This document shows positions 13,765 through 27,580 of a stretch of 64,000 nucleotides of DNA, piece by piece; position 1 is the stretch's first letter; each line of letters starts with the position of its first letter. The DNA lies in assembly GCA_965644265.1 (NCBI GenBank), contig OZ286477.1, forward strand, positions 29,202,001-29,266,000. Direction: 5' to 3'. The notes beneath the pieces were generated by a model. It had not been told where the DNA came from and did not search any database. It saw nothing but the letters and a program-made list of their open reading frames with translations. Source of the DNA: Glycera tridactyla (lineage: Eukaryota). The position numbers and the translations under genes were made by a program.

Positions 13765-14340
13765 TTATATATGGTGTGCTAGGATCTCTACAAAAACTAT
13801 GCTAGCCATCAAATGACTGCTCTGTAGTGGATTCTCACATGCAGATTCTATTTATGGCGCCATGATATCACTACAGAAACTTCGATAGCCATAAAATCAC
13901 TGCTCTGTAGTGGATTCTCATATGCGGATTCTATTCATGGTGCCACAATATCACCACAGAAACTTCGATTGCCATCAAATCACTGCTCTGTAGTGGATTC
14001 CCATATGTTGGTCTATATATGGTGCCATGATATCACCACAGGAACTTTACTAGCCATCGAATCACTGCTCTGTAGTGTATCCTAATATGTTGGTCCATAT
14101 ATGGTGCCATAATTTCACCACAGAAACTTCACTAGCCATCGAATCACTGCTCTGTAGTGGATCCCAATATGTTGGTCTATATATGGTGCCATAATATCAC
14201 CACAGAAACTTTAATATCCATCGAATCACTGCTCTGTAGTGGATCCCAATATGTTGGTTTATATACGGTGCCACGATATCACCGCAGAAACTTTAATAGC
14301 CATCGAATCACTGCTCTGTAGTGGATTCTCATATGTAGTG
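13765..14340. repeat. Tandem array of 7 x ~82-bp units
   Basis: Anchor CTGCTCTGTAGT at 13817, 13900, 13983, 14065, 14147, 14229, 14311 (periods 83,83,82,82,82,82). Only one related unit in copy A (~6350-6425). Confidence 0.95.
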
Positions 14341-16399
14341 CCGCTGATGCTATTCGAGTACCCAGTAGAAGGAGATCGGGGATAAAGATTATATCCCGAC
14401 TATTATGGAGTAACCATTACCAACTGATGCTTTGAGAAGAAAGTTGTTGTTTAGGGAATGCTGCTGCTATTTTGAACCAACACTTCTGAGTCCAACACTT
14501 CTTGCGGATTGACATCATCCTCTTCATAATTTTCCTACCACCTAAACCTGAAAGAATTATTATTGAAACCTTCCAGTACTTGATTATTTGATAGGACTGC
14601 TCTCACTTTTAGATGGAGTTGTCCAATCTCCCCTGTATGTTTCACTGATCTCATGAATGTCCAGGCAGATTATCAGCCACTGATATATCTATCACCAGCT
14701 CGTCGGTATTTATATTCCTGCTTATAGCATATTTTTTGTCAGAACACTTCTCTATTATAAACGAGCTTTCTCTTGGCTGTCTTAAAAAACATGCATGAGG
14801 ATACTCAACTTTCATTTACCATGCTATGAGAACCGACTTCTAGTGGATCACCCAAATTGGATGAGGTCCAGAGGAGACGAGGTTAATTCTACTTTTGTAT
14901 TCTACCTTCGACTGGTCTCTGATCCGGTAGATGTGATTGGCTGCATGAGATGAGCTCGCCTGACAGGGCATCAGGTCAATTCAATTCTCCTAGATGACGC
15001 TCGTAATCAGCATCTTGAGGCAGGTGACGGAATTTATGATGAGTGTCTCTTGTTTCAACACACGTCGTCTGGTTTCATATGTTGCTTGAAAGATTGGACT
15101 ATATCACACTGATTATCATCAACTCATCGAATTGTATTTTACTTGGATTGAAAAAATTACACTAACGATAATGTCCACATGTCACAGAAATGACATATGA
15201 CTATTTCGACTGTCAAGCTCAATCGTGGCTGGTATGTTTTTCGCCCCAGCATCGCGAATTCCCATCGGATTGAAATGAGACTCACCTACAGACGTTGTTG
15301 ACATCTCGGACGACTAGAAATCAAGTGGTCAAGGCGAGCCTCTCTTGTCTATTTCACATTAGAAGGCCAAATATGTCAATTTCACGCAGGTTTAGCGGTA
15401 AGTAGGGCGGCCACTGTTTCACGTACAGATATTCGTTGATAATGCCGGCAGATTCGCTGTAAAAATGCAATGAAATGATAGCGCAATCCTCTTCAAAAGC
15501 ATGCAGATTACCTGAAACCAGGTTCGATAATCGCCGGAAGCCCTGTACAATACATTCATTCCATCAAAACTCATATCAGACGAAAAATGGCAAAATCATC
15601 GTTCGAAATGTACCCGCCAAATTTGGATTTGACAGACTTTAGCCAGTCAGCCATCCTCTAATACGAATATGTACAAAGAATAGATACTGTGATCCATGGG
15701 TGTATTTGCTACATGCAGACTGTCCGCGTATTTGAGCATGAACTCAACCGTCTGGCGTTCACAGGACACCGCCTAAACACCACACAACTGTATCAAGTGA
15801 GCCGTATCATATAATGTCATTTACAACAGCCAATCGACGTTACTGGGAATGCAGGTGACATGTCAAGAAATGAGAAATTCAGTGAATGTGAAATTGTTCG
15901 ATTACTTGTGTGAATCTAACCTGCAACCAAAATCAGCCATACCCGGCAATTGATGGCGTCCCCGGAACGATTGTTCCTGAGATCATTCTTCATAGACCTG
16001 GAATATGAGGAGTTGGGGCCAGACCCTTTGCGTCGCCAGAATAATGACCACAGGAAAGTGATCTGAAGTTATTACCCACTTATATCAACGTCGTGAGATG
16101 GAGTCGAGGGCTGTCAACCAACTTGGTACGACCTATCTATCGTGTGTCCCAAATTGATCTGCTCCACCCGCTGCTACAGATAAACAATTTTCAAGACCCA
16201 TATATCTCAATGAGTTCCATTTACTTTGACAGTGTGAGATCGGATAGGTTATGGGGAACTTTCGTTGAGATATGATGCATGGACGAAAGAAAACATGACC
16301 TGTCACATGGTCGATGGCCGCAGGAGCATTGACAAAACTATGGGAGAACGCAGATTATCATGTGTTATTGGTTGGATCCTTTGCCTGATGTATGAGTGT

Positions 16400-17200
16400 C
16401 ATTCTCTATACATCTGGTGAGGCTTTTTAATTGTCACAATGGTAGATAGGTTTTATGATACATATCATAAGAGGATCTGTAAGCATGTTGACGGATGGAG
16501 CTTATGTCAAAACCACTGCTCACACGGGTGGCTCGAGGTCGCGCTAAAGGAAGAGTCCAGAAATGGTCATATCTATGGCTGGGTAGATCACACCAATGCA
16601 TAGCTGTCATTTAACCTGTACTTCAGTTTTGAGAAATAGTAAGCACATTTTATCATTCCAAAGGTAAGTATATTTGTGAGCGGAGGACCATGGCATCATA
16701 TGTTTGCCGGTGTAGAGCTGCAGATAGAGTACGGCTACTCAGCATGTCTGATCGTCAGAAGAAAGGTTCGAATGAGCTCGACTGGTCTCCATAGATTCTC
16801 AGATCTGCTATCTCAGGTTTAAATGGGTTTCAGTAGATTGAATGTATCATAAGATATTGTAGGATGTCTCGAAGTTTTGATTCAGCAAACTCTCTTGTAG
16901 TCTGGTCTTGATTTGCTGCCGCCACCTATGTCGGCTGTGATTCATCATAATGCTGAGAAGGAAGATATAATGACATGGTTGAGGAAGTATGGAGAGATTT
17001 ATATGCACGATGTCTCTTGGGACCTCGCTCAGCTATATTCCATAGCACTAGCATTGCCACCGGTGTAAAATTGAAAGCTTTATCTATGCACGAGAAGTCA
17101 TTGCTTCCGGAACTAAATTTAATCCTAACACGCGGTGATGATAAGTGATCCAATTTTCTCCAATATCAGAAATTAGATGAGGAGAAGGATTTCTCATTTT
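16400..17200 (-). pseudogene. Decayed peptide-receptor-like GPCR fragment
   Basis: ORF 16926-17153 has HLSSPRVRI (TM4 end) and FNFTPVAMLVLWNIAERGPKRHR (P...N-type TM5 of FMRFamide-receptor-like GPCRs); downstream frames are broken. Confidence 0.35.
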
Positions 17201-20200
17201 CGTTCGAACTTCGTTCGCCAGCTCGTTAAAATCCTGTATAAAATGATACACTGAAGTTTTGAGATGATTTCACATTTTGTACAGAATCACATTCACTTAG
17301 GGAATCACTAGTATCCTGATAAACATAGGCAAGAACCTGAATACATACCAAAAATACCCAAAAATTATCTGAAATACCTACAAAAAGACTAATGTCTGTG
17401 GAAGATAATAAAATGTATCATTTTCAGTTATGTGTAAAGTGTATCACTTCCCTTGCTGCTTTCGGATTTGACAAGGAATATTCAAGAGAGTCTGATATGC
17501 GAATTGCAAATGTTTGAAAGACGGCATTCAAACAGAGTGATCAGACCGAAATGTTCCCCAGAGGCAAACGGACGGAAAAAACAATTGGCAGGGTTGTCAT
17601 GGAGATTCTGTCTAATACATGTCAGAATATTTACACGTTTTGTGCATTACAGTACCTTCATCTTCTACTCGATACAAATGCCCTGAGCTCCAGCTGTTCA
17701 TCATCGCCTATCACTAAACGGATTTAAATGAAGAAATATATCATGAAAAGCTATCATGCAGCCAAAAACTTCGCAAAGTCAATGTTCGACGACCACATAA
17801 TATCACTCTCGTTTATCGTCCACCTGAAAAAGAACACCACTGTTTCGTGTTCAACTGTTGTTTGACGATGAAAAATAAAAGTTTTGAAACAAAACTATTA
17901 CCACGTTTCAACTCAACAGCATAGTTCACAATAGTGACCAATATCAATCCTTGATTGGGTGACTAGACTGAGCTGGGTTCGACATCTAACGTGCATCATG
18001 GCAGACATCTGCAGGATATGTGTTTCTCAAACATGATGCACCTCAGTGTGGATATGATTGAATTCAACCCTCACCACTATAATTCACCCAAGTGTGAATG
18101 GTTAGACTACCTGGCTACTTACGAAATTACACTCATACAGATCAGTTTGTCTTCGGGAAGATAGCAAAGGCACGATCTGAAAAAAATGCCAGGAAATGTG
18201 ATGTCAAATTCACATGCACCTACCAATGATATCAAATTACAATATAATATACAGCCATATAAACGTTAACACGCATTCTTGTGCTATATTCATGTCCGGC
18301 TCCCTGTACACTTACCATCTTGTGATATATCCTCAATTGTTCTAGATAGGATGACCCAGTGAAATAGTGGATGGTTGACTTCAGTACAGATCACCAAAGG
18401 TGACTCGTGCCATGTCATTATTTTCTTTACTTTATGACACTTTCAATGCCAGGTTCACCATTCTCAATCTTAAATTCTCACAGCTGACTGCTGGATTATT
18501 TGTTCATTGGAGTCGCTTATTGCTCGTTGTACTAACATTAATCATTGCGAATAGCTGAGTCAGACATGAATTCCCATTGTGAAAATGTCATCATAAGATA
18601 GAGATGAATTCTGATGGTAAGCATATTGGAATCTATATTTTCGTTCTCCAACTTTGATGATAAATATTCTTACATACTATCGGTTCATTACGTCGAAAGT
18701 TTGTTCTCCCGGTAACGAAACTTAGAAGAAGGATGGACGTTTGCCATCATACACGGATGCTATAGATGAAGTGTTCTTCCACCATGAAAACTGGTGTTCA
18801 TCAATTAGTCCTTCTTTTTGCAAGCTTGGTGCTATAGTTCTAGATGTAGAAAAAGAGTGAATATAATGCACAAATTAAATTTGGCGTGGACAAATGCCCA
18901 CCATACGGGTTATGACGTAAAGCATTCATATGAATTTTTCAAGGCGACATGTGAAGAACCTATTCCAAACAAACTATTATGGAAATCTGTGAAAGCCTCC
19001 AGGCATGATAATATTGCATTTTCAATACAGATTTGACATTCAGCATGATTCACCAGGAAGTAGATGGGTGAACACATTGGTAGTTCAGTATCGTGTGATC
19101 GGATGTGGTGGTATTAGTCCTGCTCAAGCAAACAAATAACGCATTATGGAAGCGATTTCTAATGTACATACTAAAGCACTAGGGAGGCATAATTCCCCGG
19201 GACAATTGTTTTCTCAGCATATTATCTGTACTAATATGTTTCAATATGACAATCATAACAGGCAACTTCCGACCATAATTTATTGCATGGATCTAGACTA
19301 CCAATCTCGTATGTTCTCGTCTCTCAAGCACGCAATCTGTCTTTTTCTTCAATATGCTGTCATCTCTTTGTATGTGTCCTCTCTTTGTTGGTCCATCCAA
19401 ACAATCAGCTGTCTAAACCTATTTGATCTCCTGTTTGAACACCTGTCATTCTATATACCGTATCCTGAACGTATATTTTTGCTTGCTTGTCCCTGAATAT
19501 TTCTGTTTTTTTGCAATAGATTTGTTCTTTTTAAGACATTTGCTAAACAGAATCGATTTTTTGGCACGATTTCATCTCTTTTGTTCACACGGAGAATTTT
19601 GTTTTGGGCTGAAATTCCATTCACATGTATATTATCCTTATTTATTATGGCCACAATATGAAGGATAAGGACCGAATTTTGTTGAATCGGCTTAGACGAT
19701 TATACTTCATGATTAAATTCTGCAGGACGCAAGTTGAAACACGGGGAGCAAATCACTACTGCTGCTAATCACAAAAGATACAGATACAGAATTTTCTATT
19801 GCATGAGATATTATACATTGATAGTATTTACAAAGGACCCTAACGGGTCATATTATATGCTTTCGGGAACAAGTGAAAAATCGGTACACATGAGAACAAT
19901 AACAACTGTTTTTTAACTTAGTATTCACACTATCATACACTCTTTCATTCACACATCCACTTTTCTACCCTTGTGTATATCATGCTTGGTCAGAAGAATA
20001 GTAGAATATGTGATAACCATGATATTATAGTGCCATGAAAATACAAATACAAATACGAGTAAATATCGGGTGCCCGGTAAGGGTTATTCCCGATGTACAT
20101 AATTGAAAAGAGTGTTCGAGACAGTAGTCTAAGCAGAATATAGAGGCTATTGACACATTTTCACCACTGATCATGTAAGGTAGGAGATGTATAGGTATGT

Positions 20201-20585
20201 ACGAGTGATTAACTATCGCTAGGGTGCCTAATTAGGGTTGTTACCGGAGTAAGAAAAGACGCTCTTGTCAATCGACATGACTGGATGGTGTGCTCACAGT
20301 CTCAATTGGCAAATACGATTGCAATCACTGGATCATGGACCCCTGTGAGAGAGAAAGTATTGAGGGAAAATGTGGTGTATGGAATACCCTTGTCCCTCCC
20401 TCAATTTGCCCATATCAAAACTCCAAAACAATGAGCGAGTAATGCAGTATACATGGGATTACTTGGATATCGGTGAGTAGAGGGTTGAATCTCACTTCAG
20501 CAAATGCATTGGCACATTCAGATCACGTGTGGTGCCACTTATCCAATGGCAAGCCAATTTGTTTGATAGATGAGCCCTAATCTGT

Positions 20586-21038
20586 TCACCTGTAGCAACG
20601 CATCGGAAACACCAAATTACAAAGCTGTTGAGAGAGTTTGGCCAATATTTCCTGACAAAACTTCCTACAAGATTTCAATATCACCCAACAATTGAAAATG
20701 GTGTTCAATCGATGAAAGAACATTGACGAAGCCAACATGAGAACAAAATATATTCTCATGGTCCTGTCAGGTTGGTGGATCCCGAAAGTTATCATATACT
20801 GATCAATCAGACGATAGGCAATATCGTCTGGTCCGGGCACCCATAGAACATGCTTCATATGAGCTTGTGACAGGGCTGCGATGCTGCAATATATATTGCC
20901 AAACCGGTGTTTATCACTACATTGGCTTTTCAGGAATGTCACTGGTACTAGACTTTTCTTGTTTGACAGAGGGAATCTTCCAGGCCTATCTGATTCCGAT
21001 TTAGCAAACTCATAGCGGGAGAGATCAGGAAATGTCAT
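20586..21038 (-). pseudogene. Decayed class A GPCR-like fragment (TM6-helix 8), copy B
   Basis: KHVLWVP (CWxP-like) followed by FFHRLNTIFNCWVILKSCRKFCQEILAKL (NSxxNPxIY..FR-like TM7/H8). Confidence 0.45.
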
Positions 21039-21467
21039 CGCCGCTCTGCCCTGTTAATTTCATGTAGGAAATATCTTCATTGAGTGGTAGCCATTATTTC
21101 TATTGCGTCATCATATGATGTAGAAGACCCTTGAAGAGCTCTATGATTTCTATGTCATATCTCCTTCGCCAAGGCCACAAGAAGATAAATTAGGCCAAAT
21201 GATAAGATATTGCGACGTTTTTCCAGTGTTGTGCCATTTTCATCAACTTTTGGGAAGCCCTCCTAGTTTCTGTGATCTTCATACTGTTTGGAATTTGGAC
21301 AGGAGAGTTCAGATCATGGACGGATTGGGTGTTCAAGCTCACAGTACGGTGTAAGGAACCTTCAGGCTTGATTATATTGCAAGCGAACCTACTAGATTAC
21401 TGGTATTTTGAGAAGATTGTCCTTGTGAGGACGATGGTAAAATAATTGAAGGTATATTGCGTGTGTT

Positions 21468-21530
21468 AGTGTGTGTGTGTGTGTGTATGTGTGTGAAAGA
21501 GAGAGGGAGGGAGAGAGAGAGAGAGAGAGG
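21468..21530. repeat. (GT)n(GA)n compound microsatellite
   Basis: Directly visible; GA tracts also at ~12186-12245 and ~13285-13410. Confidence 0.9.
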
Positions 21531-23229
21531 TTGGGATGATGGGTATAGATTTCATTCCACACTGTGGATTCGGAATGATTCGCTACGATTTGATAACGCC
21601 CTTAACTCGATTAGATTCGATTTCAACTTTATTTACATCCGTCATAATAATTAGATGCACACATATAGTGCTCGTTTGCAGAATGACAATAGATTATATA
21701 TACAGTGCATGCAATATGGTATAATGGATAATGAGATGATATATTCACTGATATGAGGAGTGAAATGAATGATGATCTATCTGATACAATACTAAATTAT
21801 ACGTCGGTAATTATACAATGTGGTGAAGGAACGGTAGAGTCATACCTTCAGAAGACATGCAGCACTGGAAGGAATCAGGTGGGGCAGACTCATAAAGAAG
21901 ATGGTGCTTATCATGAAACATTCTGGCTGTCACATACCGGATACTACGGGAGGATATTAGGTTGGCAGCCAACGTCGAAAGAACGACGTCCATTAATCGT
22001 CCTTGGACTTGCAAAATCGGACCCACATCTGAGCAATGTGTCGAGTAGATGAGGTCGAAGTTAACAATGATCATCCTATATTTAATGTGATATACACAAG
22101 TGATGATTTGAGATGTCATGATTAATCATGGTATCTGATACAAATCTCTGCATCTGCCTCAACTGTCGTCAACCTGAAAAATGCCATCTTGATAAGGGTA
22201 ATTGTAATCACTGATGAATAAAATGAAGAAATATACATGCATTCAGAGGTACTTGACCACGGAAAAAAACTTACCTGATTGAATCTATAACAGCTAAGAG
22301 TCAATTTAGATTCGAATTGACTCCATTTCGAGCAGATTGATCAATCGATCAATCGAATGATTATTCAATTTGTTGACGGTTGGAATGACTGACTGACCGA
22401 TATACGGATGAATAGATTGACTGATTGATTGCGCGATTGATTGAAAGAATAGTCTACATTACTTCAAACTATACTGGACTTCCGGGGCAATTAGAGGGTG
22501 TGAGGCAGAGTGTCAGAGAGAAAGATATATCGAGAGGGGCAGAAAGAGGAAGGAAGAAAAAGAGGAGAGGAGGAGAGAATGAGAGTGAACATCCGACATT
22601 TCTATTCCATTTTTAGCAATCAATAATCAGTGGAGACATAGTACCTAAAATGGTGTATATCTTTGTTGATGATATCGGCCTCGAGCGTCAGAATCGGCGA
22701 AGTTAGTGTGCAGGTCGAGCAGCGAGGTGATATCAGAAAGATCATAAAGATCATAAAGGCGGAGATCTCAAAAATCTAAATCTTCATGAACCTGGTATCG
22801 AACAGATAATGATAGATGAAGTTACTTTTGCAACCAATGGCGGGAATACAATATCTATTATCATAACGTGTTATAGAATATACAATGTACATACACGATC
22901 AACTCACAGGAACATGGATCATGAGTCAACCCTTATATCATTTTATGTAGGAATATTTGTCTGGCTCCCTCTCCCTTCCAGCCCCACCCCCTTCTTAGCA
23001 CAAGAGGGACCCCCGATGAACCCATATCAAGCCAGCCGACACTTTCATACTATAACCCGCACTCGATCCAATATTTGTGTATATCTACATAAACCCCTAT
23101 TATGTTGCATTATTCAATATTGGTTTGATTGTGTTGTAGCATTAACATGCCCCATGTCATTTCACCTAATGGGGTGTTTCGAATAAGAATAACCAGGGAA
23201 TCGAATAATCTCATTTCCCCTATTGAGAC

Positions 23230-24250
23230 ATGCTGTCAAAAAGAATGAGCAAAGGGATTCCATGACGCTCAACATGCATGGGATGACAGGTAGGCGGAAA
23301 TGTAAATTAATGCATTGGTCCTGTTGTAGTGGTGGACTTGTGGGGCCAATCTTGATGGAGAGGGTTGTCAACCTGGCTCATATCTGCACACACGCCCCGA
23401 CGTATGCAGGTCACGGAGGGAGACCGAGTGCCCTGCTCGTTTGTTTGACAGGACCACCCTGATCCCACAGCTGTCTACGAGATGATCAGTTCTCTCTCCA
23501 GTGTGACAAGAAGTTATCCACATAAAAAGAAAGTATATCAGAAGTTCTGGCGTCTGGGGGTATGGAATGCCTCTCGCTTCACTCGCAGCTGACAGCATCA
23601 AAATCAATAACATCACTAGCCTAGGTGCGTGCTCCAAAAACTTCGCATACAAATCTCAATTGATGGAATGCATTCATTTTGTGACAAGGGAATTTGGGTT
23701 GATCATCCATGAGGCGGGATCCTACTAACATCGGAGATTCCCACTAGAGGGAGTCCGAATAATTTTTGAACTTAATGTATGCATTTTCGTCTTATAGGAA
23801 GATGTTGAGTGGATAATTCAATGAGAAATCTCGTTACGTCATATCACCTCTCAGTGGGATTACCCTGGTTATGGATGGACATCAATGAAAATAGCCTGGA
23901 AAGATCATTTGGGAAATATTCAGTGTGGGTGGTGCTTCATCCGGTTTGTGCTAGTTATGCATCGTGATGTTTTAATGATAAGACAGGCAACGGTGTGCAA
24001 TGTCAACGATGATGCCCTGTGAGACGAAATCACTCCGGATCCAGCAATAACACAACATCATATCCAGATTATGGGATTTCAATGAGAAAAACCGCTCTTC
24101 CCAATGTGATCAATGGTGTTATGCCAGGCAAAGGTTTTATGATATTCAGTCAGCATTCAGCAAACACAAGCCATGTAGCCTGAGGTGATATGATGTCTAT
24201 GTCAATATAGAATACACAGTTTTGGGATCAGCTTCAATACCGAGCACGTG
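23230..24250 (-). pseudogene. Decayed class A GPCR-like gene (TM3-TM7)
   Basis: Ordered fragments CCVIAGSGVISSHRASSLTLHTVAC (TM3), IYFLFMWIT (TM6), ASWNPFAHSF (NPxxY-like); many stops. Confidence 0.35.
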
Positions 24251-25908
24251 AATAGTGTAGAAATGAGATTAAGATTGCCACCATAGACTTGATAAGAGAG
24301 CGATTCAATCGACAAAATGGGAATGTTATGTCACATCAGACTGCGTGGGTGTCATGTGTGTGTACTCGAACACATGGAACGGGCAGGGCAAGTTAGAACA
24401 ATTCCTCACTGTTATCTGTGGAACTGACTGCAAATCACTATAATGTGACGTTATATGTGGTTTGTCAAATTTGGCGCCAATTTATTCTCTTCTCCTCGGG
24501 TTAGAATAAGGAGAACATGCATTCTTCTCCCATTCAATGAGGGGAGTTGTTTGGGTACATGGCAAGAAATGTGCGCTACATTTTTGAGGATTAGATTTTC
24601 GAGGATTAGGATCTCCAAAAGAGCATTAACAAGATCAAAGCACCTTTTGATGTTCGTCTTCTGCTCTTGCTTCTTTCATCATGCCAAAGCGATTAGGACA
24701 AAAGGCATAGGAAGTTGTCTTCTCAAATATCAGAATAGACTTGACTGAGCGACCTATGACGATAGGTACTTTCTTCCTGACAACCCCATTCAGTATGATT
24801 TTATGTGAACGTTTGATCTGGGATCGGATGTCCTCCTCAAAAGAAATATGATTATGTCGTCCAGAATACAGTTTTCTATAAAAGTGCCTCTACTGGAATG
24901 CATGAAAATAGACCAGATGATGAATATGAGTCCACATGTCTTCATTTAGAGTTGAGATGTTTTTTTTGAGAGAGGATATCCATTTCGGGAAAATCTGAAT
25001 TCCAGGTCGAATGATTCCCGTTCATCTTTATCTGCGCCCCCAGTCATGAACTACTGACAAATATTATGTGAGTGCTGGTGAAAAGAGAAGGATAGAGAGA
25101 GAGCGAGATAGGAAAGGACAGGGAAAAGATGAGGGGAGAGACAAGCAGAGGTAGATAGTGAGAAGAAAAAGAGAAGGAAGAGTGTGATGAGAACTGTCTC
25201 ATGAGCAGAAAGGTTGTACTCTGTGAGGTAATTCTTGGATTGCTTCAGCTCGCTGGTACTTCGATATTGATGAGTTCTATCGTACATCCATATTCCCCAG
25301 TTGGTGCTATCGAATGATCAGTGGTATGCAAACAGATGGATGAGAAGAGTTTACGATCTTAAGAGTTACAAACATGAATTTGCTTTCAGCTGTCTCTCAT
25401 TTATCATTCCATCGCAAACATCTTCACATATCTTCGAGCCTTAAACATCAGCCTGCGTTAGCGTCATCTTTCGAACTTCTCGCAAGTCATTAAGGCAGCT
25501 AGTGGGGATTCCTGGTGTTTCGTATCCGTTCAGTTTAGCTCCATATCACATATAATCCAAAAAATGCACTTCACTCGAATATATAAAATCTTTCGAATAT
25601 ACTCATTCTGTTTCAGTGGCAACAGGTCAAAAATAACAAATACAAACGGAATCACAATTCGAAAATTTAGATAATCTTCAAACCTTCTCGATAATGTATT
25701 GCGTTAAATATTCAATATTGTGCCATGGGATAAATATTCTAGTTCATCCAACTATATATCGACATTCTCAGAGATGAGGTAAAAGGACATTAACTACACG
25801 AGTTCTTAATGTAGGATCCTGCTCTTCCTAGATGTCCGAGAGCAAAAGCAGTTTTTTTTTATTCTATGTTCTTTTTGGTCAAATTCAAGCTGGGTTTGGG
25901 GAGCATCA

Positions 25909-26418
25909 TTATGCGGGACGATTGTCCGGTTGCTTCACGTCTGGTGAAAAAGTAAACATAAAAATGTATTCATTGCCCCAAAACGCATAAGACCACGCAG
26001 GTCTTTTAAGAGACTTTTGCAGGAAACGTGCATATACGAAGCTAGCGTGGAAAGATGAATACACATGCAAAAAGAACATGAGATCACTAACAGTAGCGAT
26101 TGGCGAAACTACCGTATGAGAATAGAAAAATATATCGAGTATTATGCAAGGCAAATATAAAAATAGCAAAGGTCCATCCACCAGATAGTAATGAGCAGGC
26201 TGGAATTTTCCGACAGTAGGATAGCTACTTGCAAAAATCCAGCTTGTATAAGTATTGGTACTTGACCACACTGTATGGGCAATACTGAGTAGCAAATGCA
26301 GTGAGCATGGTTGACTCGTCCGATACATCATCCCCTGATGTCCAATGAAAGCTGGAATCATCCATGAAATACCCTTAGCAAATATCATTTGAAAATCTGT
26401 ATCACCACGCAGAGACAA
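25909..26418 (-). pseudogene. Hydrophobic GPCR-like fragment
   Basis: 169-aa frame with IFAKGISWMIPAFIG (TM4-like) and HYYLVDGPLLFLYLPCIILDIFFYSHTV (TM5-like P...Y). Confidence 0.4.
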
Positions 26419-26639
26419 TGTAGAAAAACATCAAACGTAAAATATCCATCTGAAGAGAGAGCTTGAATAATGCGGAACGACGAACAGAATACGGGGAAAA
26501 ATTAATCTATTTGGGCAATACCGAAGCTCCGTGATGTAGATAATGATATCGTTTGATCTTGATGGTTGATGCACAACAGCGTATTATTTGGTCGATGTCT
26601 ACGATTTTACACCCTTGTATTCCATATATCTTTCGCTGA

Positions 26640-27130
26640 CTTGGGGCCAAGTATTTTTCAGGCAAACAACCTTCATCTTGAATCTTTTTTCATTCCTTCA
26701 TATTGAAAAATATAAGTGTTAGGACGATGATTGGATATTGAATCGAAAGATAGAATCAGGACATGGGCAAAGGCATTGCATTCAGATCAAGGACCAATGG
26801 ACCATATCCATTTGTATGTACCACTCTAACACTTTTCAGGTCGACCCAGCATTTCCTTGGTATCATTTGTTTCAAATCAAATGCGCCTGGCATACCACTT
26901 CTGAAATCGATTGTGAGGCAGGTATGGCTTATATCCAGACATGGATATTTCTGCCTCATATATTCGCCGCACAATCAAGAAGAGTTATACATTGCATTCC
27001 AAAGATGGGCAACTCATGTCGTTCTTGTGACATTCGCTGTCATCATAACCTGCTTTATGCGACAGGCGACCTTCATGATGACAAAGACAGACCGCCACAC
27101 TTCACTCCGTCATGTGTCATGGCAATATCT
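26640..27130 (+). pseudogene. Decayed class A GPCR-like fragment (TM3-TM5)
   Basis: LNLFSFLHIEKY (ERY-like), then in ORF 26763-27377 HGYFCLIY (ECL2 Cys) and LYIAFQRWATHVVLVTFAVIITCFMRQ (TM5-like). Confidence 0.4.
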
Positions 27131-27416
27131 TCCCTCACTGTCATCACTGATGATCGCTATGGATGACGAGGAACATCTCTACCATACTATTGTGAATATC
27201 TTTTTTTTAAATGAACATAGTTTTAAAGTCATTCATGCATCATTGACCCCCCCCCCCTCCCTCTTTCTACTGCTCGATCAATTCAATAGTTCATCCATGA
27301 TTCGGTCTCTCCTCTTCTTTCTCTCTGCTCCACTTCTTGATACTTCATACACTCCAATTATATTGAATTGCACTTGAACGCCCCTGTGAAATTATGATTC
27401 AGAGTCTGGGACAGTG

Positions 27417-27580
27417 NNNNNNNNNNNNNNNNNNNNNNNNNNNNNNNNNNNNNNNNNNNNNNNNNNNNNNNNNNNNNNNNNNNNNNNNNNNNNNNNNNNN
27501 NNNNNNNNNNNNNNNNNNNNNNNNNNNNNNNNNNNNNNNNNNNNNNNNNNNNNNNNNNNNNNNNNNNNNNNNNNNNNNNN
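27417..27580. other. Assembly gap (N run)
   Basis: Run of N. Confidence 1.

Larger units (their letters stand above)
13590..22640. repeat. Segmental tandem duplication, copy B
   Basis: Same anchors as copy A. Longer because of the 82-bp array and copy-specific segments (e.g. ~16030-17250, ~19900-20350). Confidence 0.9.

Noticed and set aside
13765-14340. CRISPR-like appearance of the regular 82-bp array
   Set aside because: Whole units are homologous with no unique spacers, there are no cas genes, and the context is eukaryotic; it is a tandem repeat.
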